From Pyrodictiaceae archaeon (GTDB taxonomy: Archaea; Thermoproteota; Thermoprotei_A; Sulfolobales; Pyrodictiaceae): DNA of 64,000 nucleotides. The notes under the pieces are model-generated. The model saw nothing but the letters and a program-made list of their open reading frames with translations, made no database searches and had not been told where the DNA came from. Made by a program: the position numbers and the translations under genes. Below, piece by piece: positions 8,529-18,005 of this stretch (within the stretch, counting starts at the first letter, position 1; the number at the start of each line of letters is the position of its first letter). The stretch is taken from assembly GCA_027036135.1 (NCBI GenBank), contig JALVSY010000007.1, forward strand, positions 900,880-964,879, given 5' to 3'.

Positions 8529-9890
8529 CTATGGTCCTCTCAGGGGCCACCCGCCGCCCGTGACTATGTATAGTACTGCCAGTAGTGCTAGGATTGAGGC
8601 TGCCAGGCCTAGGTATGTTCTCCGGAGCACTGGTGGCGGCCCCGGGCTCCATGCTAGGGTGAACGTCCCGGTCGCTGTGTTGTTGAAGCTGTCGACGGCT
8701 ACTGCGGTGTATACGCCGGGCACGGCGGGGCACCACGTTGCACTGCCCAGCCCGGTTCTCAGTGCCACAAGCCTACCGTCCTCGTAGACTTTCAGCGCCA
8801 CGCTCTCGCACGCCCCGGCGGAGACCGTAATACAGTAGTCCTTTAGGCTAATGCTTGGCTTCACGTCGTCTTTTACCAGTACTGTCTCGTAGCCAGTCTC
8901 GTTCGCCGGAACTACCTCCCACGACTCGTTGACGACACGGCAGTCGTCGGCTATGTACCTGGCCAGTCTCCAGCCGAATGGCAGCGGCACCGTCAGCGTA
9001 TCGTTGAGGCATGTTCTTGTAGGCTCGGGCTTGTCCTCTATGAAGCATATCCTCGCTCTAAATAAGTGGCTGCTTGTCGGCTTCCTCGGCGGGCCCAGGA
9101 CAAGTCTAACGGTTCCCGAGGCGCTCGGTGAGGGAGGGCCCTCGATAGGTATGCTCTCAGCCGGGGCGCCGTAGCCCACCAGTCTAATAGCCGTAGCGTT
9201 ATCCACGAGCACCGTTAAGTTGTAGAGGAGGAGCATGCCCTCCTCCATGGGCACCGGGGTCTCGTTACCCAGCCGGAGGCCCTGGCCAAGGTTATAGAGA
9301 AGGACACTGGCGTTCACCAGCACAGAGCCGTTGCCGAGCGCCCTGTAGCCAGTAATGTTCAGGGAAACAACCAGTAGTGATGAATTAACCCTCCTTGGGA
9401 TGATTGTCGCTGTAGCTGTCCCCGCCAGGGTCGTGGTCGCAAGATAGCTCTGGGTCACGGTTGTCGTGCTTGTCTCAGTGCAGGTGCCATTATACCATCC
9501 CAGGCATACTGGGTACGAGTAACGGTACCAGGCAGTATAGCTACAGGTAAGCCCCTTCACAAGCTCATAGCTGCCTAGTGGCGCGTCGCAGGGAATCCTG
9601 GTCGTGGATACTAGTACCGTTGATGAGCCCTCCCCGAGGATTATCGGGCCACAGGTTAGGACGGCGGGCGGCTTCGGCCCGTAGCTAGGGTACCAGGGCG
9701 GCGGGCTCACGCCGATCAGCGTGTTCGTGAACGTGTAGAGAGCAGTAATGTTCATGCAGCGATAAACCGCGTTGCGTAGCCCGAACTGGTCGAGGGGACT
9801 AATTATGCTCGAGCCACTGCTACCCGCGTAGACAACGCTGCCTACGAGGGCCAGGAGCGTGGCCATAGCCACGATAGCTCTCATTTTCAC
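8529..9890 (-). CDS. Secreted, membrane-anchored Cys/Thr-rich surface protein with C-terminal Ig-like domain
   Basis: Signal peptide; many N-x-S/T sequons; PGVYTAVAVDSFNN Ig-like strand; C-terminal TM helix. Confidence 0.75.
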   Translation of the reverse strand: MKMRAIVAMATLLALVGSVVYAGSSGSSIISPLDQFGLRNAVYRCMNITALYTFTNTLIGVSPPPWYPSYGPKPPAVLTCGPIILGEGSSTVLVSTTRIPCDAPLGSYELVKGLTCSYTAWYRYSYPVCLGWYNGTCTETSTTTVTQSYLATTTLAGTATATIIPRRVNSSLLVVSLNITGYRALGNGSVLVNASVLLYNLGQGLRLGNETPVPMEEGMLLLYNLTVLVDNATAIRLVGYGAPAESIPIEGPPSPSASGTVRLVLGPPRKPTSSHLFRARICFIEDKPEPTRTCLNDTLTVPLPFGWRLARYIADDCRVVNESWEVVPANETGYETVLVKDDVKPSISLKDYCITVSAGACESVALKVYEDGRLVALRTGLGSATWCPAVPGVYTAVAVDSFNNTATGTFTLAWSPGPPPVLRRTYLGLAASILALLAVLYIVTGGGWPLRGP

Positions 9891-9893
9891 AGG

Positions 9894-11798
9894 TTACCAC
9901 TCTCCGGGCCTCGTCGAGAACACCCTCAGCTCCTCTGGCGTGGGCTGCACGTAGATGCGTAGACGCCAGCCACCAGCGACCCTGAGTATTCCCTGGCCAG
10001 GCTCGGCGTCGAGGAGCTGCTCCTCCTCCGCCTCGCTTAGATTATAGATGGGCTTAACCGCCTCCAGCGATGCCTCGTTCAGGCGTAGTAGAAGCACGGT
10101 GGCCGACTGCTCTAGGATTGTCCTGCCATGCTCGCTTCTCAGCACGTCGTGGGGCCTCTGGGTCGCGAACACGAAGTTAACGCCTTTCTTGCGACCCCTC
10201 CTCGCTATGTCGGCGAACATCAACATCAATGAGGGGTACTGGGCGAACATCCATCCCTCGTCTACTACTAGCAAGGAGTTGCGGAGCTGGGAGGAGACTA
10301 CGAGCGCTAGTAGTGCTCCTACCAGAGCCCTGGCGCGGCGGGACCTGATGCCGGCGAGCGCGTAGACAGCGCCCCTCCCTGTGGGGAGCGGGGGCTCTCC
10401 ACGGTATATCCACGAGTCGGCCTCGGCTGCTTTCAGGTAGTTCTCGAGCCCCGTGGCTCTCTCCTCGGCGAGCCTAGCTGCCTCCTCTAGGCTCTCGGAC
10501 TCGCCTAGAACGTCTACTAGCTCGCCTCGTAGCTCGTCGGGGACGCGGTAGTACTCCTGCACAATGTCCACGGCCTCGTCGAGCCCTATTACCCCCCTCC
10601 TCCACAGCCTGACAGGGTCCAGGCCTAGGCCTCCACGTTCCCCAGCAGCGTCCTTGCTTAGCTCGTAGCCCGCGAGGCCGGTAGCCAAGTACTCCCTAAT
10701 ACCAATGTACTCGGACTCAGGGTCTATGATTATGGTCTTCTGGCCCAGGCCAGCAGCCCACCACCTCCTCACATACACTTTCAGCGTCATGCTCTTACCT
10801 GAACCAGTCTCCCCCAGTACCACCACGTTGTAATTCGGCCTAGCATAGGGGTTGAAGACAACGGGCTCCCCGGTATCCAGGTCGTAGCCGAGATAGAGGC
10901 CGCCAAAGTCGACCAGCTGCTCCTGCACCAGAGGATACAATGCCTGCGCGCTCAGAGTATCGACATAATGGAATACCGGCACCGTCCACTCAAGATTATA
11001 TAATCGTCTCTGGTAGAACCCCGGGCCACTAGCATATTCTACCATCCTCGAGGCTAGGAGCTCCTCGAGGCGCCTGCTGCGCTCCCAGAGCTCCTCCTGG
11101 CTAGAACCCCTAACTACCAACACTATCGCTATCTTCACGAGCCGGGCCTTGCCTCCTAGGAGCTGTTGTAGCTGCTGGAGCTTGTATGCCTCCTGCTCTA
11201 GCTGCCAGGTCGTGGAGCCACGGAGCACTGATTGTAGCCTGAGAAGCCTCTGGTCAATCATCCTCCTCGCTTTAGCGGGCTCCACGGGCTCTATGAGGAA
11301 GTGTATCTCATCGGTAGCATAGATTAGCTCGAGGGGCCACGCCTCGGGCAGGCTGTCGGGCAGCTTGACAACAGTATACGCCCTAGCGTAACCGCCATCC
11401 TCTAGCTCGAGGATGCCGCGGGCTACGCGCCTCACTACAGGCCTGTAAGGCTCCGCTGCTGGCCTTGGCTCGTAGCCGAGCTGCATTAACAAGCCATAAT
11501 CCAGGCCCTCGGCGAAGAATAGGAGCCGGCGAAACTTGAAGCCCTCGATGCTGTCCCATGCTGCATAAATCGAGATACGAGCCTTATCATTGGCAGCGTT
11601 CAATAACGCGGTCCACTTAGATAGGAATCTGTCGCGCTCCTTCTCGGGGAGAGCCGCGAAGGGGTAGCCCTGGACCTGTAAAAGGAGGCTGAGCTCACTG
11701 CTTCTTGGGGCTCTCTTCCTCGCTCTTTGTTTCTCCCTCTGCCCCTGGCTTTGCTTCGACTTTGATAGGCTGGGCACGCTTCTCCCCGCTATAGACAC
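9894..11798 (-). CDS. virB4: VirB4/TraE/CedB-like conjugative ATPase
   Basis: NPY..PNYNVVVLGETGSGKS (Walker A), IIDPESEY, LVVDEGW (Walker B), RRGRKKGV..FATQRP. Confidence 0.9.
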   Translation of the reverse strand: MSIAGRSVPSLSKSKQSQGQREKQRARKRAPRSSELSLLLQVQGYPFAALPEKERDRFLSKWTALLNAANDKARISIYAAWDSIEGFKFRRLLFFAEGLDYGLLMQLGYEPRPAAEPYRPVVRRVARGILELEDGGYARAYTVVKLPDSLPEAWPLELIYATDEIHFLIEPVEPAKARRMIDQRLLRLQSVLRGSTTWQLEQEAYKLQQLQQLLGGKARLVKIAIVLVVRGSSQEELWERSRRLEELLASRMVEYASGPGFYQRRLYNLEWTVPVFHYVDTLSAQALYPLVQEQLVDFGGLYLGYDLDTGEPVVFNPYARPNYNVVVLGETGSGKSMTLKVYVRRWWAAGLGQKTIIIDPESEYIGIREYLATGLAGYELSKDAAGERGGLGLDPVRLWRRGVIGLDEAVDIVQEYYRVPDELRGELVDVLGESESLEEAARLAEERATGLENYLKAAEADSWIYRGEPPLPTGRGAVYALAGIRSRRARALVGALLALVVSSQLRNSLLVVDEGWMFAQYPSLMLMFADIARRGRKKGVNFVFATQRPHDVLRSEHGRTILEQSATVLLLRLNEASLEAVKPIYNLSEAEEEQLLDAEPGQGILRVAGGWRLRIYVQPTPEELRVFSTRPGEW

Positions 11799-12252
11799 GC
11801 AGCTCTCGGAGAACCCTGTCGCCGAGCATTAGCCTGACAGTATGCTCCCCGGGCTCTAGGCCAGCTATCTCTACCCTGGCTAAGCCGTTGTCGACGCGGA
11901 GCCTATCATGTTCTTCTCCATCAACCTCTACGACTAGCTCCCCGGCCTCAGGCAAGGTAATGTATACCATTATGCTGCCCAGCGGGGCCCAGTACACTGG
12001 CTCGGTGGCTGGCTCGCGCTTCGCTAAGAGCTTCGAGATGGGAGGCTTAATCGGCAGAGCACCGAGCACAATCCCGGCAGCGAGAATAGCTGCTCTGGCC
12101 CAGAGCGGTAGCGATAGCTGCAGCGCTACGAGGAGTCCTACTATACTGAATAATGCCAGCCTTATCCTAACCGGGAACCCAGCGGCATAGAGGAGGGGCT
12201 CCTCGAGCCAGCCCAGGTCTGGTATGGAAAAAACCGAGACTAGGCGGGGCAT
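11695..12252 (-). CDS. Two-TM membrane protein (VirB3/PrgI-like position) with C-terminal Ig-like domain
   Basis: Two hydrophobic helices followed by GLEPGEHTVRL; lies between the pilin gene and virB4. Confidence 0.55.
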   Translation of the reverse strand: MPRLVSVFSIPDLGWLEEPLLYAAGFPVRIRLALFSIVGLLVALQLSLPLWARAAILAAGIVLGALPIKPPISKLLAKREPATEPVYWAPLGSIMVYITLPEAGELVVEVDGEEHDRLRVDNGLARVEIAGLEPGEHTVRLMLGDRVLRELRVYSGEKRAQPIKVEAKPGAEGETKSEEESPKKQ

Positions 12253-12262
12253 GCTCTCCTCC

Positions 12263-12562
12263 TCATGCTATGAACTGGCCTATAATCCACAACACCACGG
12301 ATATAGCTATTGCAGCCATTACTGCCCTACCGAGCCACTCTGGTCCACGGCCAAACGCGTAGTTGATCACCCCCACGAACGCCGCTATAACTATTATCGC
12401 GTAAGCTATCTTCTTCAGGTAGTTGGCCACTTGGTCGGCCAGGCTCGCCGCCTTCTTGAGGGGGTTTGTAGCGCTGGTTTTGTTGGTCTGGGCGTGCGCA
12501 GCTGTGGCTAGGAGAAGCAGGGTAGTTATCACTATTGTGAAAAAGACGTAGTGGTGCTCCAA
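12263..12562 (-). CDS. VirB2/TrbC-like (CedA1/TedC-like) conjugative pilin
   Basis: 99 aa; signal peptide ending AHA, amphipathic helix, then two hydrophobic helices around YAFGRG. Confidence 0.7.
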   Translation of the reverse strand: MEHHYVFFTIVITTLLLLATAAHAQTNKTSATNPLKKAASLADQVANYLKKIAYAIIVIAAFVGVINYAFGRGPEWLGRAVMAAIAISVVLWIIGQFIA

Positions 12563-12575
12563 GGGGTTTTCACCT

Positions 12576-12995
12576 CTAGGACGTGAACGTCGCCTGGAAC
12601 TCTGAGCCGTCGCTGAGAGTCACTATTACTATGTGTTGTCCGCTGCCAAGATTTGGTAAGGTAACTATCTTATGAAGCTCCTGGCCCGGTTTGAGGAGAT
12701 AGCCGCTGGCACCGATGCCTAGCTGCGAGCCAACATTCGTGCCGTCTATGGTTACTTTTGTTATGTTTGCTGCCGCGCCACCGACGTTCCTTATGCTTAG
12801 CTCGATATACGCCGTGTTACCGACATAGTCCACGGAGGCTGTTATCATTAGCTGGGGCTTCTTCGCTACCGCGCTGGCACTGGCGCTTACATACTTGTAG
12901 ATAACATAGCCGATGGCTATTGTCGCTGCTAGGAGGATGGCCGTTGCGATGAGGGGGCTTATTCCGCGAAGCCCTCTGCGTTGCATTGTCTCCAC
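12576..12995 (-). CDS. Archaeal type IV pilin (probable major pilin)
   Basis: Class III signal peptide RRGLRG/ISPLIATAILLAATIAIG; IRNVGG motif. Confidence 0.9.
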   Translation of the reverse strand: METMQRRGLRGISPLIATAILLAATIAIGYVIYKYVSASASAVAKKPQLMITASVDYVGNTAYIELSIRNVGGAAANITKVTIDGTNVGSQLGIGASGYLLKPGQELHKIVTLPNLGSGQHIVIVTLSDGSEFQATFTS

Positions 12996-13201
12996 CCTTG
13001 TTCTCCACTAGGCTGCTAAGGAGTGGGAGAGCGCATGCCTGTGGGGAGGGTTTGGCCTTGTTGCCGTGGCTGTGGTAATCTGTGAAGGCGTTGTGGCTGT
13101 GATTCTTGGCGTTGTTTTTGTGGGTTGGTCGGTGTTGCTGGGCGTTACCCGGTGCATGGTGGAAAGCTATAAATATGGGTGTGTAGTGGATGGTGCAGGC
13201 C

Positions 13202-14074
13202 TCAATACCTGCCTCCATGGGCTGGGTATATGGGCTCCCTCACTGGTTTCTCCCGGAGCCTCCAGGCACCCTCCCCGATGCGCTCCACTATGCCTAGCGT
13301 CTCCAGCTTCTTTAGTACCTGAACCGCGCTCGGATAGTGTAGGGCAAGTATTCTCGCAAAATCATGGGCCGAGAAGGGTTGGTAGTCGAAGCTCGTCCTT
13401 AGGAGGTTGTAGAGTCTCTCCAGGTCGAAGGTAACCGTTATCCTCCCGTTCATACCCCTCATCCTCCGAGTAGAATCGATGAGGGGGAGAAGGAGCAGCT
13501 CTGCGGGGGCGAGCCTCCCGAGCCTGAGTCTGTGAGCCCTTGTAGCGGAGGGGATGTAGCCCCTCAGAGCCACTATGAAGAAGCCCGGGTAGCTCGCGAC
13601 GCTGCTCGCGTGGACCCGTATTCTTCCCTCGCCTCTCAGCAGGACGTGGTGGTTCTCGAGGCCTAGTAGGCAGCTGCTCCATATCCTTATCGCTCTATAG
13701 AAGCTTGCTCTCGAGGAGCCTGTGAGCTCCCATGCCTGCTGGGCTACTGGTCTCCCGAGGAGTCCTCTCGCGTGCTCCACGAGCCATGCCCAATAGGCGG
13801 CTGCCGCCGCCAGGGCCCGTTCATCGGCGCCGCGGCCATTGTTTACGCGGCACTCGCGCGCGTCTAGGAGCCACGCGGTGGAGTAGGCTAGCTCCGTGGC
13901 TTCCCGGTAACGCTTCACCCCGAGCTCCTCGAGCGCCGAGACCAGGAGTCTCCGGTAGTGCTCCGCCTCCTCGTCTACGCGTATGCGGCTGCGAAGCTCC
14001 TCGAGCAACAGTATGTCGAGGACGAGCTGCGCTCCCTCCCGCTGCTCGCCGAGGCTGTAAAGACTGGCAGGCAA
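13202..14074 (-). CDS. Putative regulator: TFIIB/cyclin-like helical segment plus C-terminal wHTH
   Basis: GRGADERALAAAAAYWAW resembles the TFB repeat (GR...AAA.LY.A); FSAHDFARIL..AVQVLKKLETLGIVERIGEGAWRL is wHTH-like. Confidence 0.55.
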   Translation of the reverse strand: MPASLYSLGEQREGAQLVLDILLLEELRSRIRVDEEAEHYRRLLVSALEELGVKRYREATELAYSTAWLLDARECRVNNGRGADERALAAAAAYWAWLVEHARGLLGRPVAQQAWELTGSSRASFYRAIRIWSSCLLGLENHHVLLRGEGRIRVHASSVASYPGFFIVALRGYIPSATRAHRLRLGRLAPAELLLLPLIDSTRRMRGMNGRITVTFDLERLYNLLRTSFDYQPFSAHDFARILALHYPSAVQVLKKLETLGIVERIGEGAWRLREKPVREPIYPAHGGRY

Positions 14075-14167
14075 TGGCGGCAGCCCTCTTATTCTGGACA
14101 GGAGCGTAACACCTTACAGCGACTCCGCTTATTCATTTCCACGAGAAATGCATGGAGCGCTGAAAGA

Positions 14168-16135
14168 CTAGAAGACGTTGAGCAACATTATTGTCGCCAG
14201 CGTGGAGAGCACGGCAGCCAAGGGCCACAACGTGTCCCTCACCGTCAGGCTTATCGCCTTGGCGGCGAGGAAGCCCATCACCGCGGCAGCTATGAGCGCT
14301 AGCCAGGCTATGAACCCGGCGACGTTGCCGGAGAGCGTGAGCGGCAACGACTCGAGCACCTGCGTCGTCGAGCCCATGATTCGCTGCAGCCCAGCAGCCA
14401 TCACCGCCACTATCGGGGGGAACCCGATGGCGAGGAAGCCCAGCAGCCTAAGCCTCATACTAGCAGCCCTGTGTGCACTGACGTGCGCGTATACGAGGTC
14501 ATAGAGCCGCTCGAGTGCCAGAGGGTCGCTGGCCCCCTGCGAGCCAACGATGTTGACTACCGTGTACAGGGTGTACTTTGCTAGCCAGGAGCGTGCCCTA
14601 ATACCGCCTGACCTGGCCGCCGCCCTCGCAGCAGCTGCCAGGGGCTCCTCTACGCTGCCAACGGCGTGCTCCAGTAGCTGGGATACAGGCTTATCGGACA
14701 TGCTCCTCGTGTACTCTATCACCATTCTTAGTAGTGGCAGTAGCTCCCGCTCCTCTTTGCTCACTAGGCGCTTCTGTGCTCTGAAGGCCACGCCGTAGAC
14801 GCCTAGCCCGGCTGCAGCCGAGAACCCAGCGGACATTATCGCTGGTAGCCCGAGGACCGTGCATAGGAGGGCGGCTGCGCTTGCAGCCACCACGGCGGCT
14901 ATGACTGCCTCGGCGTCCCTGTATTTCTCCCTGAGCCGGGGCTGGCTACCAGCGAGTAAGGAGTAGCCTAGGGGCGCAGCCAGGATTATTGCTAGGGCTG
15001 CTAACCCAGCGCCCCTACCGCCGAGGAATGCCGAGAACATGACAAATATCAGGGTGGTCGCCAATAAGCCCATCAAGCCAGTGCCGAGGGCTACTCCGTT
15101 CTCCGCGTACGCGGCTATCCTGGCCCTTAGCTCGTCGGTCTCAGCGCGCAAGGTGTCGCTGAGAAAAGCTGCCACGTCGCCGCCGCTATCTCTTATCGCC
15201 AAGTAGTAGGCGTAGAACCTGCGCAGCCTACGGCTAGGATGCTTGTTAGCGAGTTCCTCGGGGCTCTTACCAGCATCAGCACCTATGGCTGGTAATAGTT
15301 TACTCTTACGGGCCTCTTCGAGCGCATCCTCGAGAGAACCTGTACCCGAGCGCTCCATGAGCCAGGCCCACAGGCTGAGATATGGGAGCTCCTCCTCCGC
15401 CGCCCTCGCTCTTTCCCTAGCTTTTGCCTCGAGGTGTGCTCTTAGGAGTGGCAGGGATAGAGGCGGCAATAGCGCTGATAGTAGTAGCGCCTTGCTCCCA
15501 GCAAGCACCGCCAGGCCAGCCAGCACAGCGGACGCGGCTAGACTACCTAGTAATATTATAGATACTAGTGCTGCGGTCTCGAACCTAGTCCACCTATAGC
15601 CAGCCTTCTCAACCGCCTCGGGGACCCCGAGCCGAGCTGCAACCCTATCCCCGAGGGGTATGGCGCCTAGGACCACGGGTACAACGTATCTTAGTACTCC
15701 TCGGGGCTCTTCGGGTCTCTCTCTGAGCCCCTTCCTAAGCATGTAGAGCATCCACGCGCCGGGGATTATCGGCAGTGCACCTATCAGCGCTAGTACTGGG
15801 TTCCTCTCTAGCTGGAGCGTGGACGAGACAACCCCCAGCACCATCATGGCTATAGAGGCTAGGAGTACTAGTCTCCTAGAGGGATAGAGCGCCAAGCGGT
15901 AGAGAAAACCAGTTGCCAGGTCTAGGGCAAATAACGCGAAGAGGAAAACACCTAGGCCGAGCACAGTGGGCGTGACACGGACCTCAGGCTCCGCTAGGCC
16001 CAGCAGCGTTCTCCACGGAACCATCCCGAGGATTATTAGGAGCGTTGACGCTATCGCCACCGCTAACTGGTAGCCCGTTATTATCCTCCTTGCCTTCTGC
16101 GTCTTTGCCTGAGCCGCCTCCATTACCCTCCCCAC
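14168..16135 (-). CDS. TadC/FlaJ/GspF-like type IV pilus platform protein
   Basis: Multi-TM protein with two cytoplasmic domains (EEELPY..SGGDVAAFL; ERELLPLLR); directly downstream of the assembly ATPase; start may be ATG 16123. Confidence 0.85.
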   Translation of the reverse strand: MGRVMEAAQAKTQKARRIITGYQLAVAIASTLLIILGMVPWRTLLGLAEPEVRVTPTVLGLGVFLFALFALDLATGFLYRLALYPSRRLVLLASIAMMVLGVVSSTLQLERNPVLALIGALPIIPGAWMLYMLRKGLRERPEEPRGVLRYVVPVVLGAIPLGDRVAARLGVPEAVEKAGYRWTRFETAALVSIILLGSLAASAVLAGLAVLAGSKALLLSALLPPLSLPLLRAHLEAKARERARAAEEELPYLSLWAWLMERSGTGSLEDALEEARKSKLLPAIGADAGKSPEELANKHPSRRLRRFYAYYLAIRDSGGDVAAFLSDTLRAETDELRARIAAYAENGVALGTGLMGLLATTLIFVMFSAFLGGRGAGLAALAIILAAPLGYSLLAGSQPRLREKYRDAEAVIAAVVAASAAALLCTVLGLPAIMSAGFSAAAGLGVYGVAFRAQKRLVSKEERELLPLLRMVIEYTRSMSDKPVSQLLEHAVGSVEEPLAAAARAAARSGGIRARSWLAKYTLYTVVNIVGSQGASDPLALERLYDLVYAHVSAHRAASMRLRLLGFLAIGFPPIVAVMAAGLQRIMGSTTQVLESLPLTLSGNVAGFIAWLALIAAAVMGFLAAKAISLTVRDTLWPLAAVLSTLATIMLLNVF

Positions 16136-17609
16136 TATGTCTGCCTGCCTGGGAGAAGGAGACGCGCCGAGGCTCGGCCACCTTTACGAGTTCGTCTCTC
16201 TCGGGGTCGTAGCGGTAGAGGAGGCGTTCGCCACCGCTCGGCAGAACCTCATAGATGGCCACGACCCTGCGAACGGTTCTCTCGCCCAGCCTTACCTTGT
16301 CGAGGACAACAACAGACCAGAGAAGTACCAGCATATCCTCCCTTACGCCTAGCTTCAATAGTCTCAGCTTCAGCTCCTCCCAGTCCCGGGCATGGAACGT
16401 AGCAGCGCTAGCCTCCCCGAGCGCTGCTACCTCGAAGAGGTCCAGTATCTCTGGTCCACGGGCCTCCGTTATCGCTGTGAATTGTCCCCGGAGCCTCAGC
16501 GCGACCCGTATGAGGTCCTGGTACGTTACCTCGGTCTGCCTACTCGCGGCGAGGCTCCTCGCCCTCCTCACTCTCAGGCTTATGAAGCGTGGATGCCTCG
16601 GCCTAAGCTCCGGGACATCCTCTATGGCTACGAGCTTCCAGTCACCGGGGAGCTTCTCCATCAAGGCGTTTAGCAGCGTGGTCTTGCCCGTGCCCTGGGG
16701 GCCTATAATGAACACCATTCCGCGGCTCAGCAGCACTCTCAGCAAGTACTCGGCTGCCTCCCCGCTCAGCATCTTATCCGCTACCAGGTCCTCGAGGCTC
16801 AGCGGCTTCTCTGGGTGCTTCCTAACCGATAGACTCGTGGCACTAGCTATCGTGCCGAGAACCATTGTGACGCGGTGACCGTTCAGCTCCGCCTCGGCGA
16901 TAGGGAATGCTGGAGATATAGCTGTCCCAGCGGCGGAGGCCAAGCGCTGCAGGTATTCCCGGAACTCATACTCGGGGGGCGCAACTATGCTGGTAGGGAT
17001 GTACTCTCTTCCCGGCATCTTCCTGTGAATAATATCTACGGGTCTCCCGGCCACAGCACTTATCTCCTCAACATCCGGGTCGAGTACTAGCGGATAGAGG
17101 AACCCCCAGGGCGAGAGAGACTTCTCCACGTAGTAGCGGAAGGCCTCTGGCTGCCGCTGCATAATCTCCGAGACACCCAGCTTCTCTGCAGCCTCGCCAG
17201 CCTTCTCTGGCGGGAGACCGTGCTTCTCCAAGTACTCTATGACTATGCGGAGCGCCTTCTCGGCGTCAGGGTCTAAGCGGGGCTCTACGACCTCGTACCT
17301 ATCCTCGCCCACTACTATGGTCAGCACGCCGACGCCGTACTCGAGGACCCGGTGCTCGCTAATACTCCCCGCCTGGTCCTTGTCTCCCTCGCCGAACTGT
17401 CCCCCAGACTCTGCAGCTCCAGCACCCTCCCCACCCGCCTCAGGCTCCTCGGAAGCCCCATGGATTCTCTGAGCCTCTTCATCCTCGAGCAGGTCAAGCA
17501 ACAGATCCTCTTCTATCCCACGATGCTCTGTCTCCTCCTCGCCGCTCGGCTCCTTCACCAGCTCCTCGGGTATCTCCTCCCCGTTATCCCCCGCCATGGG
17601 CTCCATCAC
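15984..17609 (-). CDS. Type II/IV secretion (TadA/FlaI/UpsE-like) pilus assembly ATPase
   Basis: DPDVEEIS, GPQGTGKT (Walker A), IEDVPEL, ALRLR..EARG.E, TFHA. Confidence 0.92.
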   Translation of the reverse strand: MMEPMAGDNGEEIPEELVKEPSGEEETEHRGIEEDLLLDLLEDEEAQRIHGASEEPEAGGEGAGAAESGGQFGEGDKDQAGSISEHRVLEYGVGVLTIVVGEDRYEVVEPRLDPDAEKALRIVIEYLEKHGLPPEKAGEAAEKLGVSEIMQRQPEAFRYYVEKSLSPWGFLYPLVLDPDVEEISAVAGRPVDIIHRKMPGREYIPTSIVAPPEYEFREYLQRLASAAGTAISPAFPIAEAELNGHRVTMVLGTIASATSLSVRKHPEKPLSLEDLVADKMLSGEAAEYLLRVLLSRGMVFIIGPQGTGKTTLLNALMEKLPGDWKLVAIEDVPELRPRHPRFISLRVRRARSLAASRQTEVTYQDLIRVALRLRGQFTAITEARGPEILDLFEVAALGEASAATFHARDWEELKLRLLKLGVREDMLVLLWSVVVLDKVRLGERTVRRVVAIYEVLPSGGERLLYRYDPERDELVKVAEPRRVSFSQAGRHSGEGNGGGSGKDAEGKEDNNGLPVSGGDSVNAPNNPRDGSVENAAGPSGA

Positions 17610-17935
17610 TTACACAGCCATGGAGGGGTTACGAGAATATAGGTTCCCTGAGGGACTATGCTAGGGCATGGCTGGAGTGTGTTACTTGTGATGTTCGGCA
17701 CTATCCAGCACTGGAAGCTGCCCACGGTGCGCCAGTACGTCAGGTTCACTGTTATTGGAACGTAGCAGACGACGTGGGTCTCGTTGATTTCTACAACCTT
17801 CACGGGCCGTGGGGGCTCTGGCTTAGGGGTGTGGGCTTGTATCCACTTGTATAGCATTGGCGCTATCGCCACGGCTGCGGCGAGGAGGATTAGGGCTGCG
17901 TATAGCTCGGCTATTGCGCGCATAGGCCTAGGCAT
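17606..17935 (-). CDS. Small type IV prepilin-like protein
   Basis: MPRPMRA/IAELYAALILLAAAVAIA class III-like signal; AGGGG RBS; stop overlaps the ATPase start (GTGA). Confidence 0.75.
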   Translation of the reverse strand: MPRPMRAIAELYAALILLAAAVAIAPMLYKWIQAHTPKPEPPRPVKVVEINETHVVCYVPITVNLTYWRTVGSFQCWIVPNITSNTLQPCPSIVPQGTYILVTPPWLCK

Positions 17936-18005
17936 TATCTCTACCCCTCTTCTCCCGGGTTTCCCGGTAAGAGTGGAGGAGCTGGGAGAAGAGGGGCGAG
18001 CAACC

